Below are positions 30,872 through 37,409 of a DNA stretch of 37,409 bases, one piece after another; the first letter of the stretch is position 1, and the number at the start of each line of letters is the position of its first letter. The notes under the pieces are model-generated. The model saw only the letters and a program-made list of their open reading frames with translations. It did not search any database and was not told the origin of the DNA. Origin of the DNA: Armatimonadota bacterium (lineage in GTDB: Bacteria; Armatimonadota; UBA10988); NCBI GenBank assembly GCA_016235455.1, contig JACRKZ010000040.1:1-37409 (forward strand), given 5' to 3'. The translations under genes and the position numbers were made by a program.

Positions 30872-32185
30872 ATGATGCAGCTTGGCACTCAGCGCGTGCG
30901 TCCCGATGGTCACCTGGAGATCGGTGGCTGCGATGTCACCGAATTGGCAGCGACCTACGGCACGCCGCTGTACGTGCTCGACGAGGCCCACCTGCGCGCC
31001 TGCTGCCGCGCCTACCGCGACACGCTGGCGGCGCATTGCCAGCGCTCCAAGGCGTTCTACGCCTCCAAGGCGCTGTCCACCTCGGCCGTGGCCGGCATCG
31101 TGGCCGCCGAGGGCCTGGGGCTCGACGTGGCTTCGGGCGGCGAACTGCTGACCGCGCTGGCCGGTGGCGCGCCGGCCGCCGACCTCATGCTGCACGGCAA
31201 CTTCAAGGCCGAAGCCGAGATGCGCCTGGCGCTCGAGCGCGGCGTCGGCCGCATCTGCGTGGACAGTGTCGACGAGATCCGCGCCTGGCAGGCGCTGGCC
31301 GAGGAACTCGATGCCCGGCCTCGCATTCTGCTGCGCGCCAACCCCAACGTGAAGCCCAAGACCCACACCTCGATTCAGGTGGGCCAGTTGGACAGCAAGT
31401 TCGGTCTGAGCATCCTGTCCGGCGCGGCCATGGAAGCGGTCGAGGTGGCGCTGTCCTGCGACCGTCTCGAGTTGGCCGGGCTGCACTGCCATATCGGTTC
31501 ACAGGTGCTGGGCTGGCAGGCCTTCGCGCAGGCCGCGGGCGAGCTGGCTGACTTCATGGCCGCCATTCGCGACCGGTTCGGCGTGACGCTCGACGAGATC
31601 GACCTGGGCGGCGGCCTGGGCATCCGCTACCTGCCCGAGCATCAGCCGCCGGCCATCGCCGAGTTCGTCAGCCATGTGGTCTCCGCGCTGCTGGCCAAGC
31701 TGGCCGAACTGGGCCTGCCCGAGCCGCTGATCATGATGGAGCCCGGCCGCAGTCTGGTGGGCGAGGCCGGCACGACCCTCTACACGGTCGGCCCGGTCAA
31801 GGTCATCCCTGGAGTGCGCACCTACGTCAGCGTCGACGGCGGCCTGAGCGACAACCCGCGACCAGAGATGTATGGCGCGGAGTACAACGTGTTCATCGCC
31901 AACCGCGCGGCCGACACGCCGGACACCGTGGTCACCGTGTCGGGCAAGCACTGCGAGACCGACACGCTGTTCCGCGACGTGACCGTGGCGGCGCCCCGCC
32001 GCGGCGACCTGCTGGCGGTGCAGAGCACCGGCGCCTACAACTACGCCATGGCCAGCAACTACAACCGCCTGCCACGCCCGGCCATGGTCACCGTGGCCGA
32101 CGGCCAGGCCGAGCTGATTGTGCGGCGCGAGACAGCCGAGGACCTGCTCGCCTGTGACCTGCTGCCCGCACGGCTCCAAGGCTGA
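30872..32185 (+). CDS. lysA: Diaminopimelate decarboxylase
   Basis: 'YGTPLYVLDE', PLP lysine in 'YASKA', 'DVASGGEL', 'HGNFK', 'SKFG', 'HCHIGSQ', 'EPGRS', 'GKHCETD', 'GAYNYAMASNYN'. ATG 30872/30875 after GGGAG. Confidence 0.96.
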   Translation: MMQLGTQRVRPDGHLEIGGCDVTELAATYGTPLYVLDEAHLRACCRAYRDTLAAHCQRSKAFYASKALSTSAVAGIVAAEGLGLDVASGGELLTALAGGAPAADLMLHGNFKAEAEMRLALERGVGRICVDSVDEIRAWQALAEELDARPRILLRANPNVKPKTHTSIQVGQLDSKFGLSILSGAAMEAVEVALSCDRLELAGLHCHIGSQVLGWQAFAQAAGELADFMAAIRDRFGVTLDEIDLGGGLGIRYLPEHQPPAIAEFVSHVVSALLAKLAELGLPEPLIMMEPGRSLVGEAGTTLYTVGPVKVIPGVRTYVSVDGGLSDNPRPEMYGAEYNVFIANRAADTPDTVVTVSGKHCETDTLFRDVTVAAPRRGDLLAVQSTGAYNYAMASNYNRLPRPAMVTVADGQAELIVRRETAEDLLACDLLPARLQG

Positions 32186-32190
32186 TCCAC

Positions 32191-33762
32191 ATGGCACAAG
32201 ATGGACTGCCGCCGGCGGTCGCGGGCCTGGCCAAGACCTATCTGGTCAACCGCACGCTGCTCCAGATCTATCTGGGCGATATCACCACGGCGGAAGTGGG
32301 CGCCGTGGTCAACCCCGAGCACCGCGACCTGGAGATGGACTCGCCCGACGGGCAGAGCGTCTCGGCGGCCATTCGGCGCGCCGGCGGCGAAGAGATTGCC
32401 ATCGCCCTCAAGGGCCACGGCCCCACCGAACTGGGCGAGGTCATCGCCACCCACGCTGGTGAGCTGCCGGCCAAGTTCGTGCTGCATGCGGCGGTGGTGG
32501 ATGAGGTCGACGGCCGGCTGCTGACCACCGAGGACATCATCGCCCAGGCGACGTTCAACGTGCTGCGGCGCGCCGACGCGCTGAACATCCGCACCATCGC
32601 CTTCCCCGCGTTCGGCGTCGGCCGCACCGACATCGACGACGAAGCCGCCGCGCGCGCGATGATCGGCACCATGACGCGCTATCTGCGCGGCACGACGCGC
32701 CTGGAACGCGTGGTGTTGGCGCTGGTGCAGCCGAGCACGTTCATCGCCTTCTTCGAGGCCGCCGTGCGCGACGCCCTGCAGCGCGAGAGCGCGCTGGAGC
32801 TCAATGTCGGCCGCACCGATGGCGACCTGACGTTCCACTTCGCCGGTGACGGCGCGGTGGTCAGCAAGTCGCAGGTGCCCTATGCCGCCGACGAGCTCGA
32901 CGCGGTCAATGAGCGGCTGCGGTCGCTGGCCAGCCAGACCATCGTGGGCGCGGACGATGTGGCCGAGCTGCGCGCGCTGGGTCGTCACCTCCACGATTCG
33001 TGCCTGAGCGACGAAGTCAAGGCGCAGCTGGCCGCCTCCGACGTCGAGAACCTGCTGCTGCGGCTCGACGAGACGGTCATGCACATCCCCTGGGAGCTGG
33101 CCCACGACGGGCAGCAGTTCCTCTGCCGCCGGTTCAACCTGGGCCGCCAGGTGGTGGCGCTACAGGCCTCGACCAGCACCGCGCCGCCGCCCACCGAGCC
33201 GCCGCGCCGCCTGCTGGTAGCGTTCAACCCCACCGGCGACCTGGACGGCGCCGAACGCGAGGCTCGGCTGCTGCTGTCGCACTTCGACGCCTCGCGCTGC
33301 CCGTGGACTGTCGAGGCGTTGGGGCACGAGCGGCTCGATCCGCTGCGCCTGGCGCTGGCCATCCAGGAGGCCGATATTGTGCACTACACCGGCCACGCCG
33401 ACCCCGGCGAGGGCGGCTGGCGGCTGAGTTCGGGCGTGTTCGGCGCCGAACGCTTCTCGCGCCTGGCACGCAAGCCGCGGCTGGTCTTCGCCAACGCCTG
33501 CCACACCGGCGGCGCGCTGGCGCTGGGCCATCAGTTCCTGCTGGCCGGAGTGCAGAGCTATGTCGGCAACCTGTGGACAGTGCCCGACGTGCCCGCCAGC
33601 ACCTTTGCCGTGGCCTTCTATGACGCGCTGCTGGCCGGCACCAACTTCGGCCGCGCCATGCGTATCGCCCGCGAGCGCGTGGCCGAGCTGCCCAGCGCCG
33701 GCGCGTTGGCCTGGGCCGGCTATGTGTTCTACGGCGACCCGCGGTGGCGGCTGGGGGTCTAG
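32191..33762 (+). CDS. Macro domain + CHAT (caspase-like cysteine protease) fusion protein
   Basis: Macro: 'LGDITT..VGAVVN', 'VSAAIRRAGG', 'THAGELPAKFVLHA', 'TIAFPAFGVG'. CHAT: 'IPWELAHDG', 'DLDGAEREA', 'IVHYTGHA' (His402), 'LVFANACHTG' (Cys437), 'FLLAGVQSYVGNLWTVPD', 'FYDAL', 'WAGYVFYGDP'. Confidence 0.9.
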   Translation: MAQDGLPPAVAGLAKTYLVNRTLLQIYLGDITTAEVGAVVNPEHRDLEMDSPDGQSVSAAIRRAGGEEIAIALKGHGPTELGEVIATHAGELPAKFVLHAAVVDEVDGRLLTTEDIIAQATFNVLRRADALNIRTIAFPAFGVGRTDIDDEAAARAMIGTMTRYLRGTTRLERVVLALVQPSTFIAFFEAAVRDALQRESALELNVGRTDGDLTFHFAGDGAVVSKSQVPYAADELDAVNERLRSLASQTIVGADDVAELRALGRHLHDSCLSDEVKAQLAASDVENLLLRLDETVMHIPWELAHDGQQFLCRRFNLGRQVVALQASTSTAPPPTEPPRRLLVAFNPTGDLDGAEREARLLLSHFDASRCPWTVEALGHERLDPLRLALAIQEADIVHYTGHADPGEGGWRLSSGVFGAERFSRLARKPRLVFANACHTGGALALGHQFLLAGVQSYVGNLWTVPDVPASTFAVAFYDALLAGTNFGRAMRIARERVAELPSAGALAWAGYVFYGDPRWRLGV

Positions 33763-33844
33763 GCCTACCGCGACTCGACCAGCGCCCGGTCGAGGGCGAC
33801 TGCCCGCCATTAAGAGTCGCGGCACACGGAGGTTCCTACTCACG

Positions 33845-34474
33845 GTGGATGTCGAAGCACTGCTCCTGGCCATGCGCGATGGTGACGAAGCCGCCGGCTC
33901 GACGCTGGTGGAGCGTTACCGGCCCTTCGTCGTGGCACGGCTGCGTGGCGCCAAGCACGCGCGCAACTGGTTCTGGCTCGACGACCTGGACGACGTGGCG
34001 CAGGCGGTGCTGGTGCGCTTCGTGGAAGCCGTGCGCGCCGAGCGCTTCCGCTTCCGCGACGAGAGCCAGTTGCGCGGGTTTCTGGTGCGCACGACGTTCT
34101 ACACGGTGATGAAGCGGCGCGACCAGATCACCGAGGCGCTGGGCGAGGACGACGAGCCGCGCCTGCACCTGCTGGCGCCCGAGCAGGCGGCCGCGTTCGA
34201 CCTGGGCCAGTTTGCCGACGCCGCGTTCGACACGCTCGGCCGGCGCCAGTGTCTGGACGAGCTGTATCGCGCGGTGGACAGCCTGCAGGAGGCGCGGTCC
34301 GAGGTGCTGCGGCTGACGCTGCTGGGCTTCGCCCCGCGCGAGATCGCGCCGGTCATGGGACGCAGCACCAATGCCGTATCGGTGCTCAAGACCCACGCGC
34401 TGGAAGACCTGCGCGCGGCGCTGGAGAAGACCGAGTTCATGACCAACTGTGGCCGCTACTTCCTGGGCGGCTGA
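33845..34474 (+). CDS. ECF (sigma-70 family) RNA polymerase sigma factor
   Basis: 'LLAMRDGDEAAGSTLVERYRP', region-2-like 'DDVAQAVLVRF...LRGFL', region-4-like 'LYRAVDSLQEARSEVLRL.LLGFAPREIAPVMGRSTNAVSVLKTHALEDLR'. GTG start after GGAGG. Confidence 0.88.
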   Translation: MDVEALLLAMRDGDEAAGSTLVERYRPFVVARLRGAKHARNWFWLDDLDDVAQAVLVRFVEAVRAERFRFRDESQLRGFLVRTTFYTVMKRRDQITEALGEDDEPRLHLLAPEQAAAFDLGQFADAAFDTLGRRQCLDELYRAVDSLQEARSEVLRLTLLGFAPREIAPVMGRSTNAVSVLKTHALEDLRAALEKTEFMTNCGRYFLGG

Positions 34475-34485
34475 CGGAGAAGGCA

Positions 34486-35091
34486 ATGCGTGCACGAGGC
34501 TTGGAGGCGGCTCTGACGGTGTTCTCGCCGGCGCGGCGCGGGTTCTGCCCGAGCCGTGAGGACCTGGTGTCCTATTTCGACGCCGTACTGACCGCCGAGG
34601 GCATGGCCGCCACGCGGGCGCACCTGGCCGTCTGCCCGTTCTGCACCGCCGATCTGGAAGACCTGACCGCCCTGGCCACGCCGCCGCTGCTCGAGGCCGT
34701 GGTGCAGATTGTGCGCGGCGGCCTGAAGCTGCTCAGCCACAGTTTCGAGGCGCACGCGGCGCTCACGCCGGCGACGGCGCGCGGCGCCGCGTCGGCCGCG
34801 GTCGAACTCACCACCGCCGCCGAAGACGGCGAACTGCACCTGCGTCTGCACCGCAACCCGGCCGCGTCGCCCGACTTGCGCGTGCAGTTGGCCGCGGTCA
34901 CCAGCCAGGGCCGCGTGCGGGTCAGCCTGTACCGCTCCGATGCACTACTGGAATCGCACCTGTCCGACGGCGACGAGGTGCTCTTTGCGGCCGTGGAGCC
35001 CGGCGACTATCGCCTCACGCTCGCCCCCGTGGACGGCGACGAAGTAGCGCGGGTGGCGCTGCGCATCGAAGACGAGACCGCCGGCAGTTGA
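34486..35091 (+). CDS. Zinc-finger (zf-HC2/ZAS) anti-sigma factor, soluble, with C-terminal beta-sandwich domain
   Basis: 'CPSREDLVSYFDAVL...AHLAVCPFC' (C...HxxxCxxC); directly after the sigma gene; no TM helix evident; C-terminal 'VLFAAVEPGDYRLTL'. Confidence 0.85.
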   Translation: MRARGLEAALTVFSPARRGFCPSREDLVSYFDAVLTAEGMAATRAHLAVCPFCTADLEDLTALATPPLLEAVVQIVRGGLKLLSHSFEAHAALTPATARGAASAAVELTTAAEDGELHLRLHRNPAASPDLRVQLAAVTSQGRVRVSLYRSDALLESHLSDGDEVLFAAVEPGDYRLTLAPVDGDEVARVALRIEDETAGS

Positions 35092-35138
35092 CGTGGCCCC
35101 ATCCTGGTGGTACCCGTAGGGCCATCAGGAGCAGAGCC

Positions 35139-35933
35139 TTGCAGGTTGGCATCACTCATCTCGTCTGCCGCGGTGACGGCACGCTGCCCGAAGTGCTCGA
35201 CAAGGCCAAAGCCGCGGGCTACGAGGGCATGGAAGTCCTCTTCACCGACTACCTCACCACCGACAGCACGGCCGCGGACCTGGACAAGGTGCGCGCCGCA
35301 TTCGACGCGGCCGGCATGACCATGCAGTCCATGTGCGGCGCCGGCGGCATTCGCGGCAGCCTGGCCACCGGGGTCGAGGCCGACGCCGAGGAGTACCGCC
35401 GCACCACTGCCCTGGCCGCGCGGGCCTGCGCCTATCTGGGCATCGACACCGTGCTGCTCGTGCCCGGCGGCGTGACCCCCGACCATCCCTACGATCTGGT
35501 CGTCGAACGCGTCACCGAAGGGCTCAAGTCGCTGCGGCCCATCGCTGACGAGACCGGCGTCAACCTGGCCGTGGAGTACGTCTGGAACGACGCCTTCCTC
35601 AGCCCGCTGGAGATGCGCGCCGCCCTGGACGCCGCTGATCATCCGCACATCGGCTTCTACATGGACACGGGCAACATGCTGGCCTTCGCGTGGCCCGAGC
35701 AGTGGATCCGCATCCTTGGCCGCCACATCAAGAAGGTCCACGTCAAGAACTTCCGCCGCCGCCCGCACTGGGACTGGCCCAGCCTGCTGAGCGTGGGCGA
35801 TGTGGATTGGCCGCGAGTCATGGCCGCTTTGGCCGACATCGGCTACGATGGTGCTCTGATTTCGGAGATGTCGGGCACCTGGGACGAGCACGCCGAGAAC
35901 GCGCGGTTCATCCAGGGCCTGATCGCCGGCTGA
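35139..35933 (+). CDS. Sugar phosphate isomerase/epimerase (xylose-isomerase-like TIM barrel)
   Basis: 'AKAAGYEGMEV', 'VLLVPG', 'LAVEYVWN..LSPLE', 'YMDTGN', 'PEQWIRILG', 'HVKN', 'GDVDWP', 'GYDG'. TTG start after AGGAG. Confidence 0.88.
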   Translation: MQVGITHLVCRGDGTLPEVLDKAKAAGYEGMEVLFTDYLTTDSTAADLDKVRAAFDAAGMTMQSMCGAGGIRGSLATGVEADAEEYRRTTALAARACAYLGIDTVLLVPGGVTPDHPYDLVVERVTEGLKSLRPIADETGVNLAVEYVWNDAFLSPLEMRAALDAADHPHIGFYMDTGNMLAFAWPEQWIRILGRHIKKVHVKNFRRRPHWDWPSLLSVGDVDWPRVMAALADIGYDGALISEMSGTWDEHAENARFIQGLIAG

Positions 35934-36037
35934 TACCGAATCTCTGTGACGATCCACAGTGACATAGATTACACAGATGGCGGATCGGTCCATCTGTGCG
36001 ATGTGCGTCATCTGTGGATCGCCACAGAGATTCGGTA
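35934..36037. repeat. ~104-bp imperfect palindrome built from CACAGAT/ATCTGTG-like units
   Basis: TACCGAATCTCTGTG (35934-35948) pairs with CACAGAGATTCGGTA (36023-36037); inner pairs CGATCCACAG/CTGTGGATCG and CACAGATGG/CCATCTGTG. Confidence 0.8.
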
Positions 36038-36089
36038 CGAGGCAACCATCTGTGGATGGGCTGCCCACCTGTCAAAGCACGGAGCGTTG

Positions 36090-36998
36090 ATGCATATCCA
36101 GGACATCCTGGCCCAGAACCGGGTCACCAGTTCGTTCGAGTTCTTCCCGCCCAAGAGCCCCGAGGCGGCCGACGCCCTGTTCGGCACCATCGCCGAGCTG
36201 GAGGAACTGCAACCATCGTTCGTCTCGGTGACCTATGGTGCCGGCGGCTCCACGCGCGAACTGACCCACGCGCTGGTGGAGCGCATCCATCGCGATACCA
36301 CGCTGACCGCCATCCCGCATCTGACCTGCATCGGCCACAGCCGCGACGAGGTGCGGGCCATCCTGGAGCGCTACGCCGCCGCCGGCGTCAACACCGTCCT
36401 GGCCCTGGCCGGCGATCCACCGCGCGACCAGCCGGGCTATGACCGCTCGGCCGACGCCTTCAGCCACGCGGCCGACCTGGTGCGGTTCATCCGCGAGTTT
36501 GGCGGCCATCCTGACCCGCGCGGCTTCGGCATCGGCGTGGCCGGCTTCCCGGAAGGCCATCCGGCCACGGCCAACCGCCTGCTGGAGATGGACTACCTGC
36601 GGGCCAAGGTCGACGCCGGCGCGGACTATATCTGCACCCAGCTCTTCTTCGACAACCGCGACTTCTACGATTTCCGCGAGCGCTGCGCGCTGGCCGGCAT
36701 CAACGTGCCCATCCTGGCCGGCATCATGCCGGTCACCAGCCTCTCGGGCATGGCCCGCATGGCCGAACTGGCCGCCGGCGCCCGCTTCCCCGCGCCGCTG
36801 TTGCGCGCGCTGCGCCGGGTCGAGGACGACGCCGAGGCGGTGACCAGCATGGGCATCCACTGGGCCACGGAGCAGTGCCGCGACCTGCTGGACAACGGCG
36901 TGCGCGGTATCCACTTCTACACGCTCAACCGCAGCCACGCCACGCGCGGCATCTACCGCACGCTGGGGCTACGGAGCAGCGCGGTGTGGCAGAGGTAG
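36090..36998 (+). CDS. metF: Methylenetetrahydrofolate reductase
   Basis: 'SFEFFPPK', 'FVSVTYGAGGSTR', 'PHLTC', 'LAGDPP', 'GFPEGHP', 'KVDAGADYICTQLFFDN', 'HFYTLNRS'. Confidence 0.96.
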   Translation: MHIQDILAQNRVTSSFEFFPPKSPEAADALFGTIAELEELQPSFVSVTYGAGGSTRELTHALVERIHRDTTLTAIPHLTCIGHSRDEVRAILERYAAAGVNTVLALAGDPPRDQPGYDRSADAFSHAADLVRFIREFGGHPDPRGFGIGVAGFPEGHPATANRLLEMDYLRAKVDAGADYICTQLFFDNRDFYDFRERCALAGINVPILAGIMPVTSLSGMARMAELAAGARFPAPLLRALRRVEDDAEAVTSMGIHWATEQCRDLLDNGVRGIHFYTLNRSHATRGIYRTLGLRSSAVWQR

Positions 36999-37322
36999 GC
37001 AGTCTGGCCCGCGCCGTGCGTCACGGCTCGACGCCGCCCATCCGTCGGGCGAGGATGTCGACCGCCACGGCAGGTCACCCGCCCGCAACGCCGGCAGCCA
37101 GCACGGCGCGCGCGGGCGGGGCCCAGATGCATGGCGGCCGCCAGCCCGCCACCTGCCACCCAACCGGTGGGTGGCAGGGCGCCCGACATCGTCCTCGCCT
37201 CGGCCTCGGGCTGCAGCGCCAAGGCAAACCAGAGGCGCGGCCCCAAGCACCCTCACCCGCTTGACTCTGCCCCACCCGTCGGCCAAACTGATGTAGGGTT
37301 GAATGCTCGCCCAGGAACTGTC

Positions 37323-37409
37323 ATGACCAAGTCCACCCGCTACCTCGCGCTCTGCCTGCTGCCCTGGCTTGCCGCGGCTCAGCCCGCGCCGCTGATCAGC
37401 GCCTGCGAC
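37323..37409 (+). CDS. Secreted protein, 3'-truncated
   Basis: AGGA RBS, then MTKSTRYLALCLLPWLAAAQPAPLISACD, a signal-peptide-like start running off the window. A possible TTGACT-N17-CAAACT promoter lies at 37261-37289. Confidence 0.55.
   Translation, partial: MTKSTRYLALCLLPWLAAAQPAPLISACD

Noticed and set aside
32191-35091. Type III-E/III-B CRISPR accessory locus
   Set aside because: No cas genes, SAVED/CARF domains or repeat-spacer array in the window; only the protease/sigma logic is shared.
36999-37260. Small ORFs and GC hairpins downstream of metF
   Set aside because: No consistent frame, RBS or motif; stems are short and expected at this GC content.

Overview
GC-rich bacterial chromosomal window with no CRISPR array, tRNA/rRNA gene or transposase recognisable by eye. 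The gene style suggests an Armatimonadota/Planctomycetota-like organism, which is inference only. From left to right it contains: an ABC-2 exporter cassette; a glycyl-radical enzyme with its radical-SAM activase; secreted and oxidoreductase genes; an enolase-superfamily dehydratase; three tandem paralogous membrane proteins; a PFOR (nifJ) plus DHOD-like pair; a guaA-hpt-rho-redoxin/TPR-rlmI run divergent from lysA; a sugar-phosphate epimerase; and metF. The standout is a three-gene module directly downstream of lysA (32191-35091). It encodes a Macro-domain/CHAT caspase-like protease fusion with an intact His/Cys dyad and a degenerate Macro catalytic loop, an ECF sigma factor, and a soluble zinc-binding (ZAS) anti-sigma factor. 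This is a plausible ADP-ribose(-derivative)-triggered protease/anti-sigma/sigma signalling cascade, analogous to CalpL-T-S and Csx29-Csx30-CASP-sigma but with no CRISPR locus visible in this window. Also notable are a long structured guaA leader, a small protein resembling the Rho RNA-binding OB domain, and two intergenic palindromic REP-like elements. All calls come from motif reading; no searches were run.
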